Shown in pieces: positions 1 to 10,984 of a stretch of 64,000 nt of DNA (its first letter is position 1; every line of letters starts with the position of its first letter). The DNA is from Polyangiales bacterium (GTDB lineage Bacteria > Myxococcota_A > Polyangia > Polyangiales > JADJQN01). The translations under genes were made by a program, and so were the position numbers. The stretch covers positions 864,001 through 928,000 of the forward strand of contig CAXNJO010000001.1 of assembly GCA_964202905.1 (NCBI GenBank), read 5' to 3'. The notes under the pieces are model-generated. The model made no database searches. It saw only the letters and a list, made by a program, of their open reading frames with translations, and was not told the origin of the DNA.

Positions 1-25
1 GGCGGGCCGCGCGTCCAATCCCGTC

Positions 26-874
26 ATGCCCCCCATGCCCCTCACCCGCGTCGGGCCCGCTGCCCCCCAGCGCTGCGCGCGCCCACCCGCGCCCACGCCC
101 ACGCTTGGCCTGGCGCTCGTGCTCCTGCTCGCCGTGCTCGGCCCCGTCGTCCCCGTGCGCGCCGACGAGACCCGAGACGCCGCCGCGCCGCCCGAGTCCG
201 ATTCGCTCCCCGCCTCGGTGCACCGCCTCGCGATCGAGGCGCGCCCGGCGCCCGCCTTTGCGTCCGCGTCCGCCCCGACGCGGGCCGGCCAGCGCGTGCT
301 CGACACGCTCGCCCGCGTGCGCGCGCAGCTGCGCACCACGCGCTACCAGCACGTCACCGCGGTGCGCGAGCGGACCGGTGACTTCGCCTGGGATTGTTCG
401 GGCATGGCCGCATGGGTGCTCTCCCGCGCGGCGCCGCGTGCGCTCGGCGCGATCGCCCGGGGCCGCCCCGTGGCGCGCGACTTCCACCGCGTGATCGCGC
501 GGGCGCCCGTGGGTCGTGCGCGCGGCGGCTGGCAGCGCCTCGCGTCGATCGGCGACGCGCGACCGGGAGACGTGTTCGCGTGGGTGCGCCCGTCGGACTG
601 GCCGCCGCGGAACACCGGGCACGTGGGCTTCGTGCTCGCGCCGCCCGCGCCGGTGCCGTGGATCGCGGGCGCGTGGGTCGTGCGGATCGCGGACGCGACC
701 AGCGTCGGGCATCAGGACGACACGCGCGCGGAGGACCCCGACGGCGGCTACGGCGAGGGCACGCTGATGTTCTTCACCGAGCCGACGGGGCGCGTGACGG
801 CGTACGCGTGGCACGGCACGCTCTCGTCGGCGGCGGTCGCGACGGACATCGTCTTCGGTCGCCTCGTCCGCTGA
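26..874 (+). CDS. Secreted NlpC/P60- or CHAP-like cysteine amidase/peptidase
   Basis: Hydrophobic signal-like segment; WDCSG (catalytic Cys) followed by RPGD and NTGHVGFV (catalytic His), the papain-like NlpC/P60 order. Confidence 0.6.
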   Translation: MPPMPLTRVGPAAPQRCARPPAPTPTLGLALVLLLAVLGPVVPVRADETRDAAAPPESDSLPASVHRLAIEARPAPAFASASAPTRAGQRVLDTLARVRAQLRTTRYQHVTAVRERTGDFAWDCSGMAAWVLSRAAPRALGAIARGRPVARDFHRVIARAPVGRARGGWQRLASIGDARPGDVFAWVRPSDWPPRNTGHVGFVLAPPAPVPWIAGAWVVRIADATSVGHQDDTRAEDPDGGYGEGTLMFFTEPTGRVTAYAWHGTLSSAAVATDIVFGRLVR

Positions 875-878
875 AGCT

Positions 879-909
879 CACGATCTCTTTGTTTTACAAG
901 GAGATCGTG
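879..909. repeat. AT-rich inverted repeat (hairpin; possible terminator or small element remnant)
   Basis: CACGATCTCTTTGT-TTT-ACAAGGAGATCGTG, 14-bp arms with one mismatch (G-U compatible), just after the stop at 874. Confidence 0.6.
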
Positions 910-988
910 GCATCTCGACCGCACCGCCACCCGCCTCGCGGCCCGGCCCCCCAGGACGTCGCGCACGGACCCCGGACCCGCTCACCCC

Positions 989-1810
989 ATGTGCACCATC
1001 GTCCTGCTCGTCGACGCGCACCCGCGTTACCCCGTGCTCGTCGCCGCCAACCGCGACGAGTTCCATGCGCGCGCCGCCGACGGGCCGCGCGTCCTCGTCC
1101 CCGCGACGCGCGCCGTGGGCGGGCGGGACGCGCTGGCGGGCGGCACGTGGATGGGGGTGAGCGCACGGGGGTTGTTCGCGGGCCTGACGAACCAGCGCAC
1201 CGGGGAAGGGCCCGCCCCGGGGCTGCGTTCGCGCGGGGAGGTCCCGCTCGGCGTGCTCGCGTGCCGCGGCGTCGACGAGGCGCTCGCCTACGTGCGTGGC
1301 CTCGACGCGCGCGATTACAACGACTTCAACCTCGTCTTCGGCGACGCGACGGGCCTGCACTGCGCCTACGCGCGGCGCGACGCGCGCACGATCCCCGTCG
1401 AGCGCGTGCCCCCGGGCGCGCACGTGCTCTCCAACGACGTGCTCGACGCGCCGACGCTCCCGAAGGCCCAGCGCGCGCAGGCCCACGCGCGACGCGTCGC
1501 CGCCGCCCTCGACGCGTCCGGCGCGTCGGGCCCCGCGGACGACGACGCGCTCTTCGCGGGGCTGCGCGGCGTGCTCGCGAGCCACGAGCGGGTCCCGCTC
1601 GAGGCGTTGCCGGAGCCGCCGCCCGGCGCGCGGATCGATCGGGCGCTCGCCCACGCGCTCGACGCGGTGTGCGTGCACACCCCGCTCTACGGCACGCGCT
1701 CGGCGACGATCGCGGCGCTCGCGCCCGGGGGCATCGCGCACTATCTCTTCGCCGCGGGACCGCCATGCACGACGCCCTTCGACGACCACACCGCGCTCTT
1801 GCTTGCCTGA
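989..1810 (+). CDS. NRDE family protein (TANGO2-like, Ntn-hydrolase fold)
   Basis: N-terminal MCT, ANRDEF, GGTWMG, LTN, SRG, FNL, SN and YGTRS motifs. Confidence 0.9.
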   Translation: MCTIVLLVDAHPRYPVLVAANRDEFHARAADGPRVLVPATRAVGGRDALAGGTWMGVSARGLFAGLTNQRTGEGPAPGLRSRGEVPLGVLACRGVDEALAYVRGLDARDYNDFNLVFGDATGLHCAYARRDARTIPVERVPPGAHVLSNDVLDAPTLPKAQRAQAHARRVAAALDASGASGPADDDALFAGLRGVLASHERVPLEALPEPPPGARIDRALAHALDAVCVHTPLYGTRSATIAALAPGGIAHYLFAAGPPCTTPFDDHTALLLA

Positions 1811-2289
1811 TCGCGCTGCTCGCGGTGGCCGTCGCGGCGGGCTGCGACGCGTGCGGCGGCGTCGCGCCGACCGCAGCCGTCGACGCGGGACACGGCCCCG
1901 GCCCCTGGCTCGTGCGCAGCGAGGAGACGCTCACGATCGCGCTCGCGGAGGCGCACGAGGAGGCCGCGCAGCGGGGGCGCCGCGTGCTGCTCGCCTTCGT
2001 CGGATTCGGGGACCCGGACAGCGAGGCCGTCGTCCGCGCCCTCGCGTCCCCCGCTGCGCGCGCCGCGCTCGCGGCGCGCTACGTGCCGGTCTTCGTCAAC
2101 GTCGGTCGCGACTGCGACGGCCACGCCCGCCTGCGCCACGCGCACGACGTACGCCGCCTCGCGACGCTCGTCGTGCTCGAGGCGCGCGGGCGCCGCGTCG
2201 CGCGCCAGACCTTCTCGCCCGTGAGCGCGCTGCGGCCGCTGTCGCCCGAGGCGCTCGCGGCCTGGCTCGACGCGCCCCGAGGCCGCTGA
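1765..2289 (+). CDS. Lipoprotein with thioredoxin-like fold, no canonical CxxC
   Basis: ATG at 1765; lipobox-like AVAAGC; LAEAHEEAAQRGRRVLLAFVG...YVPVFVNV...LVVL resembles thioredoxin-family proteins; overlaps NRDE by 46 nt. Confidence 0.55.
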   Translation: MHDALRRPHRALACLIALLAVAVAAGCDACGGVAPTAAVDAGHGPGPWLVRSEETLTIALAEAHEEAAQRGRRVLLAFVGFGDPDSEAVVRALASPAARAALAARYVPVFVNVGRDCDGHARLRHAHDVRRLATLVVLEARGRRVARQTFSPVSALRPLSPEALAAWLDAPRGR

Positions 2290-2313
2290 GGCCCACGGGG
2301 CGCGCGTCACGCA

Positions 2314-3261
2314 TCAGCTCGTCGGGGGCGGCGGGGGGGGGCTGTAGAGGCCGCAGATCGCGGCGACGCACGCCCCGTCGCGGCACTGGTCGCTCCCGCA
2401 GTCGCTGTCTGCCATGCACGCCGCGCCGATCGCGGCGTTGCTCGGCGTCGCACACGTCTGACCCATCGTGTCGCCCCGGCAGAAGGCGCTGTCGCACTCC
2501 TCGTCGCCGTCGCACGTCGCGCCGTTGGCCAGCTTCGGCGCGCAGACGTCCATCGCGCAGAGGCTGCTCGCGCAATCGGTCCGGTTCGCGCAGGCCGCGC
2601 CGTTCGCGAGCCGCGCCGCGCACGTGCCGGTGGTCGCGCCCATCGCGATGTCGCAGCGGAGGAGGATGTCCGGGTCGTCGAAGCCCGTGAAGGGCGCGGA
2701 CGTGTTCGCGCAGAGGAAGGGGATGTCCATCCCGCAGGCGGCGCCGGGCCCGGCGAGCCCGATGCAGACGTTGCCGGTGCCCGTCTCCTGACAGAGGCCG
2801 GTGGCGCACTCGCCGCCGATGGGCGTGTTCGCCGTCGCGCACGCCCCGCCCGGCATCGTCGTGCCGCGGAAGGTGCCGCCGAACGAGATCAGATCCGAGA
2901 ACGTCCATCCGAGCTCGACGAGCGGGTTCTCGCAGGAGGTGCTCGACCGCACCCGCGCGAAGAACGCGCCCGCGGACGCGGCGTCGTAGGTCACCTTGCC
3001 GGACGCGATCCGCGCGCGCGTCTCGGTGCCGAGGATGCCTTCGGCCCGGCCGCAGGTCTCGGTGAGGTCCGCACGGCAGTCCGCGTCGGCGGTGGGGCTG
3101 CAATCACAACGGGCGATGCGGTCGCAGAACGAATCGACGAACTCCGTGCAGAAGGCGTCGGCCGCGACGGGCGGGCTGCTCGGCGTGCGGTCGTCGTCGT
3201 CGCCGCAGCCGACGAGGGCGAGGGCAGCGAGGAGGGCGGTCAGGGAGATCCGGAAGCGCAT
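2314..3261 (-). CDS. Cys-rich lipoprotein (Dickkopf-like myxobacterial repeats)
   Basis: MRFRISLTALLAALALVGC lipobox; repeated GxxC....C.S..C units. Confidence 0.75.
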   Translation of the reverse strand: MRFRISLTALLAALALVGCGDDDDRTPSSPPVAADAFCTEFVDSFCDRIARCDCSPTADADCRADLTETCGRAEGILGTETRARIASGKVTYDAASAGAFFARVRSSTSCENPLVELGWTFSDLISFGGTFRGTTMPGGACATANTPIGGECATGLCQETGTGNVCIGLAGPGAACGMDIPFLCANTSAPFTGFDDPDILLRCDIAMGATTGTCAARLANGAACANRTDCASSLCAMDVCAPKLANGATCDGDEECDSAFCRGDTMGQTCATPSNAAIGAACMADSDCGSDQCRDGACVAAICGLYSPPPPPPTS

Positions 3262-3398
3262 GGGAGGGGCTCTCTGCGCGCGGGCGCGCGCGGTGGGGTC
3301 TCTGCGCGGAGCGCGCAGCGCGGGCACGATCGCGCATCCCGCGAAAAGGCGCAAAATACAGGGTTTTGGCGGCTCCTGCCGCCTATACTCCGCCGCGC

Positions 3399-5447
3399 AT
3401 GCGCGCCCTTCGTCTCGCTCCGTGCTCGTTCACGCTGCCCGTCCTCGTCGCCGCCGCGCTCGCGGGCTGCGGCGCCGCCCCCGCCCCCGCCCGCTGCCCT
3501 GCGCCCGCCGCGCCGCCCGCCGCGCCGCCTGCCGCGCCGCCCGAGGCCCCCGCGCCCGACACCGGCGCACCCACGCCCACGGCCGAGGCGACGCTCGTCA
3601 CCGAGGGCATCCCCGAGGCGAGCGCGGCTTTTCGCGCCGACCTCGCGCCGTGGCTCGATTCGCGCAACGCCTTCGTCGAGTCCATCACGGAAGATGGCAG
3701 CGCGATGCTCGTCTCGACGCGCTTCGCGAACACCTATCAGCTCCACGTCGTGCGGCGTCCCGGCGGCGCGCGCACGCAGGTGACCTTCCTGCCGGAGCCC
3801 GTCGAGGGCGGCACCTTCGTCCCCGGCGCGCCCGGCGCGATCGTCTACGCGACGGATGTCGGCGGCAGCGAGGACACGCAGCTCTACCGCCTCGAGCTCG
3901 CGACGGGCGCGACCACGCGCCTCACCGACGGCACGAGCCGTCACCTCGGCTTCGTCTTCGCAGAGGCCGGCGATCAGCTCGCGTTCTCCGGCAATGCGCG
4001 CAACGGCCGCGACATGGACGTGTACGTGGGCGACGGCCGCACGCAGGCCTCGGCGCGCCTCGTCGTCGAGGGCACGGGCCAGTGGACGCCCGAGGCCTTC
4101 TCGCCCGACGGCAAGAAGCTGCTCGTCGCCGAGTACGTCTCCATCAACGACTCGCGCCTGCACGTGGTCGACCTCGCGACGCGGCAGGTCACGCGCGTCA
4201 CGCCGCCCGAGCCCGTCGCCGCGTACCGCGCGGCGGTGTTCTCGCGCGACGGCCGCACGCTCTACGTGACGAGCGACCGCGAGGGTGACTTCGTCGAGCT
4301 CTACGAGCTCACGCTCGCGACGGGCACCTTCCGCCCGCTCACGCGCGATCTGCGCTGGAACGTCGAGGAACTCGCCCTCTCGCCCGATGGGCGCGCTCTC
4401 ATGTTCACCATCAACGAGGATGGCTACGGCGCGCTCCACGCGCTCGACACGCGCACGCGCCGCCACGCGCCCGTCGCGCTGCCGGGCGCACCGCGCGGCG
4501 TGATCTCCGGCCTGCACTACGCCGCGCGCACCGATCGCCTCGCCTTCACGCTCAACGCGCCGACGGCGCCCGGCGATGCGTACTCGCGCGACGGCCGCAC
4601 GGGCCGCGTCGAGCGCTGGACGGAGACGGAGGTCGGCGGGCTCGATCGGTCGCGCTTCGTCGCGCCCGAGCAGGTGCGCTTCCGCAGCGTCGACGGCCGC
4701 GAGATCCCCTGCGCCTATTACCGCCCCGCGGGCGCGGGCCCGTTCCCCGTCGTGCTCGACGTGCACGGCGGCCCCGAGGCGCAGGCGCGCCCGCTCTTCA
4801 ACCCGGTGCGGCAGTACCTCGTCGCGCGCGCGGGCGTCGCCGTGCTCGTGCCGAACGTCCGTGGCTCGGACGGCTACGGCAAGTCGTATTTGCTCCTCGA
4901 CAACGGCGAGCGGCGCGAGGACTCGGTGCGCGATCTCGGCGCGCTGCTCGATTGGGTCGGCACCCGCCCCGAGCTCGACGCCGCGCGCGTCGGCATCTAC
5001 GGCGGCTCGTACGGCGGCTACATGGTGCTCGCCGCGCTCGCGACGTATCCCGAGCGCCTGCGCGCCGGCGTCGACATGGTCGGCATCGCGAACTTCGTGA
5101 CCTTCCTCGAGAACACCGCGCCCTACCGCCGCGACCTGCGCCGCGCCGAGTACGGCGACGAGCGCGAGCCCGCGATGCGCGCCCTGCTCACGCGCATCTC
5201 GCCGGTGACGAACGCCGCGCGCATCCGCAGCGCGCTCTTCGTCGCGCACGGGGCGAACGACCCGCGCGTGCCCGTCGGCGAGGCCGAGCAGATCGTGCGC
5301 GCGGTGCGCGGCAACGGGCTCGACGTCTGGTACATGCTCGCCCGCAACGAGGGCCACGGCTTCGACAAGAAGGAGAACCGCGACGCCTTCGCCTCCGCGT
5401 GGGTGCGGTTCTTCCTCGACAAACTGGGCGTCCCGCCGCGCGGGTGA
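3399..5447 (+). CDS. S9 family (prolyl oligopeptidase/acylaminoacyl) peptidase, lipoprotein
   Basis: Lipobox LAGC; beta-propeller with SPDG repeats; HGGPE, GGSYGG nucleophile, GANDPRV Asp and NEGHGF His. Confidence 0.92.
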   Translation: MRALRLAPCSFTLPVLVAAALAGCGAAPAPARCPAPAAPPAAPPAAPPEAPAPDTGAPTPTAEATLVTEGIPEASAAFRADLAPWLDSRNAFVESITEDGSAMLVSTRFANTYQLHVVRRPGGARTQVTFLPEPVEGGTFVPGAPGAIVYATDVGGSEDTQLYRLELATGATTRLTDGTSRHLGFVFAEAGDQLAFSGNARNGRDMDVYVGDGRTQASARLVVEGTGQWTPEAFSPDGKKLLVAEYVSINDSRLHVVDLATRQVTRVTPPEPVAAYRAAVFSRDGRTLYVTSDREGDFVELYELTLATGTFRPLTRDLRWNVEELALSPDGRALMFTINEDGYGALHALDTRTRRHAPVALPGAPRGVISGLHYAARTDRLAFTLNAPTAPGDAYSRDGRTGRVERWTETEVGGLDRSRFVAPEQVRFRSVDGREIPCAYYRPAGAGPFPVVLDVHGGPEAQARPLFNPVRQYLVARAGVAVLVPNVRGSDGYGKSYLLLDNGERREDSVRDLGALLDWVGTRPELDAARVGIYGGSYGGYMVLAALATYPERLRAGVDMVGIANFVTFLENTAPYRRDLRRAEYGDEREPAMRALLTRISPVTNAARIRSALFVAHGANDPRVPVGEAEQIVRAVRGNGLDVWYMLARNEGHGFDKKENRDAFASAWVRFFLDKLGVPPRG

Positions 5448-5455
5448 ATCGCAGT

Positions 5456-5530
5456 TCAGTCACCCGCACCCAGGCGTCGCGCCTCAGTCACCTGCACAGA
5501 GGCGCCGCGTCTCAGTCACCCGCGCCGAAG
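5456..5530. repeat. 28-bp imperfect tandem repeat (about 2.7 copies) overlapping the stop codon of the 5512..6450 gene
   Basis: TCAGTCACC(C/T)GC at 5456, 5484 and 5512, exact 28-bp period. Confidence 0.8.
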
Positions 5531-6450
5531 ACCGACAGCTGCACGAGCTCTCCGTCGAGCACGACGCCGGCGCCCTCGAGGTCCGGCGCGCAGACGCGCA
5601 CCTCCTCACCGAGCCCGACCGCGGCCGCGGAGAGCGTCGCGGGGGTGGCGAGGAGCCGCGCGAGCGCGCGGGCCGTCTCTTCGAGGGTCGGGGGCGGCTC
5701 GTCCTCCGCGTCGAGCGCCTCGAGCGCGTGACCGCTCACCACGCGCGGATGGAGCGACGCCCAGGCCGCCGGCTGCGAGACGAGATCGAGCGCGAGGAAG
5801 CGTCCACCGAGCCACGCGATCAGGCCGATCTGGCCCTCGCGCAGGCGGAGCGCGTCGCGCATCTCCGCGAGGCGCTCCCGATTGGACTCGAAGATCGCCG
5901 TCATCGCGCCCGTCGGGTTGATTTGCGTGTGGCGGGCCGAGCGCTTCGCGACGTCGGACCACACGCCCTGCTGGTCGGTGATGTAGCTGGCGCCGCGCGC
6001 GCGGGACTCGCTCACCATGCCCGTGAGCGTGCGGCGCAGGCCCGTGTAGGCGACCTGCTGCGAGGACTTGAAGGCGTCGCGCTCGCCGCCCGCGCTCCAG
6101 CGGCCGCGCTCGATGCAGCTCACGGGCAGCGCGGTGCTCGTGCCCGCGGGCGCGACGAGCGAGGCGTTCACGACGCGGTTCTGCTTGGCGCCGACGACCT
6201 CTTCCCCCGCGAAGAGCAGCACGGGTGCGCCAGGCGGCGCGTCGAAGCGCAGGAGGTTCACGTCGGCCGGCGCGGTCTCGTGCAGCGTGCCGCCGCGCGT
6301 GAGCGCGTCGGGCAGCAGCGTGAACGCGACGCGCCCCGGCGCCGCGAAGAGCGGAAACGCGGCCAGCGGACCGACGTGCAGCGGCTCGCCGAGCGCGAGG
6401 CCTGCGGGCAGCAGCGACGTGAGCGGACGCGACGCGACGGGCTGGTTCAT
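5512..6450 (-). CDS. ARPP-1/DUF6569-like protein
   Basis: [14 protein letters not shown]...[11 protein letters not shown] and DQQGVW motifs recalled for the ARPP-1 (DUF6569) family. Confidence 0.75.
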   Translation of the reverse strand: MNQPVASRPLTSLLPAGLALGEPLHVGPLAAFPLFAAPGRVAFTLLPDALTRGGTLHETAPADVNLLRFDAPPGAPVLLFAGEEVVGAKQNRVVNASLVAPAGTSTALPVSCIERGRWSAGGERDAFKSSQQVAYTGLRRTLTGMVSESRARGASYITDQQGVWSDVAKRSARHTQINPTGAMTAIFESNRERLAEMRDALRLREGQIGLIAWLGGRFLALDLVSQPAAWASLHPRVVSGHALEALDAEDEPPPTLEETARALARLLATPATLSAAAVGLGEEVRVCAPDLEGAGVVLDGELVQLSVFGAGD

Positions 6451-6498
6451 GTCCGAGAAGACGCGGCGGGCGGTGCCCCACTGACACGCACCGCTGGA

Positions 6499-6514
6499 AT
6501 GAACGGCGGTTCAG
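6499..6514 (-). promoter_or_regulatory. Putative LexA (SOS) box upstream of the ARPP-1-like gene
   Basis: CTGAACCGCCGTTCAT on the minus strand (TGAAC-N4-GTTCA palindrome), 49 nt upstream of the start; resembles Myxococcus consensus CTRHAMRYBYGTTCAGS. Confidence 0.55.
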
Positions 6515-6601
6515 TCGTGGTCGACGTTCGTCGCGCCGCCGTGCGACGCGACCGCGCGAAGCCGTGGACGGCGCGGGCCCGGCTCCGCGATACTGCGCGC
6601 C

Positions 6602-8365
6602 ATGTCCTTCGATCTCCTCGTGGTGAACGGCACGCTCGTCGATGGAACCGGGGCGCCCGCGCGGCGCGCCGACGTCGGCATTCGCGACGGAAAGATCGCG
6701 GCCATCGGCGACCTCGCGGGTCAGGCGGCCACGCGCACGCTCGACGCCGCGGGCGCGCTCGTCACGCCCGGTTTCGTCGATCTGCACTCGCACTACGACG
6801 GACAGGTCTCGTGGGACGCCGACTTCCTGCCGTCGTCCGCGCACGGCGTGACGACGGTCGTGATGGGCAACTGCGGTGTCGGCTTCGCGCCTTGCCGCGA
6901 GGCCGATCGCGACGCGCTCATCGCGCTCATGGAGGGCGTCGAGGACATCCCCGGCGCGGCGCTCGCCGAGGGTCTGCGCTGGTCGTGGGAGTCCTTCCCC
7001 GAGTACCTCTCGGCGCTCGACGCCGCCCCGCACACGATCGACTTCGCCGCGTACGTGCCGCACGACGCGCTGCGCGTCTACGTGATGGGCGAGCGCGCGA
7101 TCCGCGGCGAGGCCGCGACCGACGACGACATCGCCGCGATGCGCGCGGAGATGCGGCGCGCGCTCGAGGCGGGCGCAGCGGGCTTCTCGACGGGGCGCAG
7201 CGACAATCACCGCTCGCGCAGCGGTGCGGCGACACCCGCGGCCGAGGCGAGCGCGCGCGAGCTGGCGGGGATCGCGGAGGCCTTCGTCGGCTTCGAGCAC
7301 GGCGTGCTGCAGGCCGTGTCCGACTTCGACATGGCCGCCGGCAAGGAGCGCTTCGACCCCGAGTACGACGTGCTCGAGGCGATGGCCGCGGCGGCGCCCG
7401 GGCACGCGCTCTCGATCTCGTGCATGCAGCGCGATCAGGACACCGATCAGTGGCGGCGCATCCTCGCGCGCGCCGAGCAGTCGACCGCGCGCGGGATCGT
7501 CACGCGCCTGCAGGTCGCGCCGCGCGGCATCGGCGTGATCCTCGGCCTCGAGGCGACCTTCCATCCGTTCATCGGCTACCCGAGCTACAAACGCATCGCG
7601 CACCTGCCGCTCGCCGAGCGCGTCGCCCTGCTCCGCGACCCCGCGTACCGCGCGCAGCTGCTCTCGGAGAAGAGCGAGAAGGTCGCGGGCGACGGCTCCT
7701 CGGTGCCGCCGCTCGCCGACACGCTGATCGCGATGATCGACATGATCGCGTTCCGCATCTTCCGCCTCGGCGAGAACCCGAACTACGAGCCGACGCCGGA
7801 CGAGTCGCTCGGTGCGCGCGCGCTCGCCCGCGGCGTGAAGCCGCTCGAGGAGATCCTCGACGCGATGCTCGAGAACGACGGGCGCGAGCTGCTCTACTTC
7901 CCCGTCTACAACTACTGCGGCCTCAACCTCGAGGCCGTGCGCGAGATGCTCGTGCACCCGCTCTCGCTGCCCGGCCTCGCGGACGGCGGCGCGCACGTCG
8001 GCACCATCTGTGACGCGAGCTTCCCGACCTTCCTGCTCTCGTACTGGTGCCGCGACCGCGCGACGGGCCGCATCCCCGTCGAGCGCGCGGTGCAGATGCT
8101 CGCGAGCGACACCGCGCATCACCTCGGCCTGCGCGACCGCGGCGAGCTGCGCGTGGGGCTGCGCGGCGACGTCAACGTGATCGACTTCGATCGCCTGCGG
8201 CTGCACCGCCCCGCGCTCGTCGCCGATCTGCCGGCCGGCGGGCGCCGCCTGCTGCAAGGCGTCGAGGGCTACCGCGCGACGGTCGTCGCGGGCGTCGTCA
8301 TCGCCGAGCACGACGCGCTCACGGGCGCGCGCCCGGGGCGGCTGCTGCGCCTCGGCGCGGCGTAG
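6602..8365 (+). CDS. N-acyl-D-amino-acid deacylase family amidohydrolase
   Basis: VDGTG...[49 protein letters not shown]. Confidence 0.9.
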   Translation: MSFDLLVVNGTLVDGTGAPARRADVGIRDGKIAAIGDLAGQAATRTLDAAGALVTPGFVDLHSHYDGQVSWDADFLPSSAHGVTTVVMGNCGVGFAPCREADRDALIALMEGVEDIPGAALAEGLRWSWESFPEYLSALDAAPHTIDFAAYVPHDALRVYVMGERAIRGEAATDDDIAAMRAEMRRALEAGAAGFSTGRSDNHRSRSGAATPAAEASARELAGIAEAFVGFEHGVLQAVSDFDMAAGKERFDPEYDVLEAMAAAAPGHALSISCMQRDQDTDQWRRILARAEQSTARGIVTRLQVAPRGIGVILGLEATFHPFIGYPSYKRIAHLPLAERVALLRDPAYRAQLLSEKSEKVAGDGSSVPPLADTLIAMIDMIAFRIFRLGENPNYEPTPDESLGARALARGVKPLEEILDAMLENDGRELLYFPVYNYCGLNLEAVREMLVHPLSLPGLADGGAHVGTICDASFPTFLLSYWCRDRATGRIPVERAVQMLASDTAHHLGLRDRGELRVGLRGDVNVIDFDRLRLHRPALVADLPAGGRRLLQGVEGYRATVVAGVVIAEHDALTGARPGRLLRLGAA

Positions 8366-8368
8366 TTC

Positions 8369-9148
8369 GTGACGCTGGCGCTGCTCGGCCTCGTCGCGCT
8401 GCTCGCGTTCACGGTGGAGGCGACCGCGGGCTTCGGCTCGGTGGTCGTCGCGCTCACGCTCGCCGCGTGGTTCCTGCCGATCGACCGCGTGCTCGTGTCG
8501 CTGCTGCCCGTGAACGTGCTGCTCTCGGGCTACCTCACGCTGCGGTATCGGCGCGACGTCGACGGGCGCGTGCTCGCGCGCCGCGTGTTCGCGTGGATGG
8601 TGCCGGGGATGCTGCTCGGGATGGCGCCTGCCGCGCTCGTGCGCGTCTGGCCCGGGCTCGCGGGCGGCGCGGGCTCCGGCGATCTGATCCGCGGCGTGTT
8701 CGCCGCCTTCGTCGTCGCGCTCGCCGCCGGTGAGCTGTGGCGTGCACGGCAGGGCACGATGGCGGACACGCGCGCGCTGCCCGCGCCCGTCGCGGCGACG
8801 GCGCTCGTCGGGGCGGGCGTGGTGCACGGGCTCTTCGCGTGCGGGGGCCCGCTGCTCGTCTACGTCGTCGGCCGCGAGCTCACGGACAAGGCGCGCTTCC
8901 GCGCGACGCTCTCAGCCGTGTGGCTGCTGCTCAACGCCGCGCTGCTCGTGCCGCGCCTCGCCGAGGGCGCGCTCGACCGCGAGGCGCTCACGGGCAGCGG
9001 CGTGATGCTCGTGTCGCTCGTCGGCGGCCTCGCGATCGGCGAGCGCCTGCACCACCGCCTCCCGGTCGCGCGCTTCCGCATCGCGGTGTTCGCGCTGCTC
9101 CTCGTCGCGGGCCTCGCGCTGCTCGCGCGCTCGGTGCGCGGTGGATGA
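8369..9148 (+). CDS. TauE/SafE family sulfite exporter-like membrane protein
   Basis: About 8 TM segments; AGFG and GLFACGGP motifs; FRATLS. Confidence 0.85.
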   Translation: MTLALLGLVALLAFTVEATAGFGSVVVALTLAAWFLPIDRVLVSLLPVNVLLSGYLTLRYRRDVDGRVLARRVFAWMVPGMLLGMAPAALVRVWPGLAGGAGSGDLIRGVFAAFVVALAAGELWRARQGTMADTRALPAPVAATALVGAGVVHGLFACGGPLLVYVVGRELTDKARFRATLSAVWLLLNAALLVPRLAEGALDREALTGSGVMLVSLVGGLAIGERLHHRLPVARFRIAVFALLLVAGLALLARSVRGG

Positions 9149-9160
9149 CGCGCGGCTCAG
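9113..9160 (+). repeat. 48-bp direct repeat, left copy (3' end of tauE-like gene)
   Basis: CTCGCGCTGCTCGCGCGCTCGGTGCGCGGTGGATGACGCGCGGCTCAG, identical to 10985..11032. Confidence 0.95.
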
Positions 9161-9681
9161 CGCCAGTCGGTCAGAGTCCGACGAGCCGCTGGGTCGATTC
9201 CGTTCGGCTTGTTCGACCGCGCGCGGTGACGTCGCGGTCGAGCAAGCTCGAGAGGCCCCCCGCTGATGGACTGTCGTGGCGCGAAACCGCCTCGTTCGAC
9301 GCGCCGGGAGGACCTGCTCGCGAACGACTTGCGACCTTCGTCTCGCTGACGAGGTGGTTGTCTTCGCGAAGCACGGGGCGTACGCGCAGGCTGCCGTTTC
9401 GCCCATCCTGCTCGACGATTCCCGCGCGCATCTCGGCTGCGAGGGACGCCTCCCGCACCTCGCGTTCGGTCTCGGAGTGGGCGAGCCGCCTGAGCACGCT
9501 GGGTCTATCCACGGCGTCCGTCAGGCGAGGGGCGACTCAAAGGCGCCTTGGTGCAGTTCATGGTTTGCTGTCCGGGGGATGACCCGGCATCCCAGGTCGA
9601 TGCGGTGGTTCGGGATACCGGTCAGCCCTGCTGAGAGGTGTCGACTCTTCCCGAAGGTGCGCGTCGTACCGATTCTGGACG

Positions 9682-10599
9682 TCATGTCGCTGGGTCGGTC
9701 GCTGCCCGCGGCGACAGCTTTGCTGCCGTCAGTCGCACGGCGTGCCGGCACGTCATGGTCGCAAGGTCACCGATGATTGTGGTCAGCAGCGCGACTTTCA
9801 GCGGGGTCGACCGTGCCGACGAGGCAGCAATTCGCGCCAAAGCATGGCTGATGTTGAGTTTGTTCAGGACCTGATCGCGGAGCCGGAAGCCCTTCGCTTC
9901 TTGGTGGTAGATCGAATCCTCGTGACGCCGATAGAGTTTCAGCGCTCCGGGGACGCTGACGATCCGTCCTCTGAGGGATACCTGTGCGAGGAGAGGGGTC
10001 TCGGACCCGGAGAGGTACGTCACCATGTTGCGGTAGTTGAGTTCGACCTCACGCAAAACTGCGGTTCGGTACATACCGTAGATTGCGAAGAACACATTGC
10101 CCGCAGGACTGCGGAAGAATATGCGCGTGTTGGCCGCCGCGTCGGCTAACGCGATGTCCAAGCGGATCGAAGTCAGTTGGTCCACCGAGAGCGGGTTTCC
10201 ATCGCGATCGACGTTCAGAATGTCGCTTGTGACGAGGACGACTTCGTCGTGCGCTTGCAGAACGGAGAACAGCGTTTCAAATAGCGTCTCTTCTTGAAGA
10301 TCATCGGCAGCAACCCAGATGAAGTATTCGCCGCGAGCCTCGCTGAGCACGAGCTGGAAGTTCGCGGTGGAACCTCGGTTGCGTGAGTGTCGAATCACGC
10401 GGATCCGTGAGTCGTGTTGGGCGTATTCTTGGCAGATCGAGGGTGTCTCGTCGTCAGAGGCGTTGTCCGAAATCACCACCTCGAAATCTCGGAAGGTCTG
10501 GTTCAGAATGGAGTCGAGCGTTTCGCAGAGGAACGACGCACCGTTGTACACGGGCAGGCCGACGGTCACACGAGGTGGATTCGCAGCGGCGGATTCCAT
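9682..10599 (-). CDS. Glycosyltransferase family 2, lower-GC islet
   Basis: VTVGLPVYNG, ISDNASDDET, NRGSTANF, GEYFIWVAADD; codon usage visibly less GC-biased than the flanks; start could extend to 10635. Confidence 0.92.
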   Translation of the reverse strand: MESAAANPPRVTVGLPVYNGASFLCETLDSILNQTFRDFEVVISDNASDDETPSICQEYAQHDSRIRVIRHSRNRGSTANFQLVLSEARGEYFIWVAADDLQEETLFETLFSVLQAHDEVVLVTSDILNVDRDGNPLSVDQLTSIRLDIALADAAANTRIFFRSPAGNVFFAIYGMYRTAVLREVELNYRNMVTYLSGSETPLLAQVSLRGRIVSVPGALKLYRRHEDSIYHQEAKGFRLRDQVLNKLNISHALARIAASSARSTPLKVALLTTIIGDLATMTCRHAVRLTAAKLSPRAATDPAT

Positions 10600-10984
10600 G
10601 GATGCGGAAACAATACCTCGGCAGTGACGGACCATAAAGCGTCACGTTGGTACGGTCACGGCAAGGGGCGGTTGGGATCGTCACCTCAGTCGTTGAGAGG
10701 TTTTGTGCGAGATAGAGCGACGGTCGCATGCTCTCGATGTGCGTAATCTCGCCGCTGACTCCGGGAGACCGTGGCTCGAGCGCAGCGCGAGACGGGCAAT
10801 CCATGTTGGGACGGGCAAGGAGGTACTCTGACATCGCCGCGGTGCCGGTCCGCCTCCGTTGTTCGCCCTCTGCAACCTGCTGTCGGGAGTGCCACGGCAT
10901 CGGGTCCGCAACACTCCGGGCGCGCTGGACCGGCGGGAGAGTCCGCGGGGCTTTGCGACCGCGGCGGCGGGGGTCATCGCGGTG

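Noticed and set aside
5444..5459. LexA-like GTGAATCGCAGTTCAG
   Set aside because: Lies between convergent gene ends, not in a promoter, and has a core mismatch
5606..8827. Very long antisense or alternate-frame ORFs (also 21290..24562, 35245..38682, 19896..22913, 16164..18995)
   Set aside because: Arg/Ala-rich shadow ORFs of real genes, expected in very high-GC DNA; no motifs
9171..9680. Short ORFs in the islet as a possible integrase or transposase remnant (also 10640..10980)
   Set aside because: No recognisable recombinase or DDE motif in any frame
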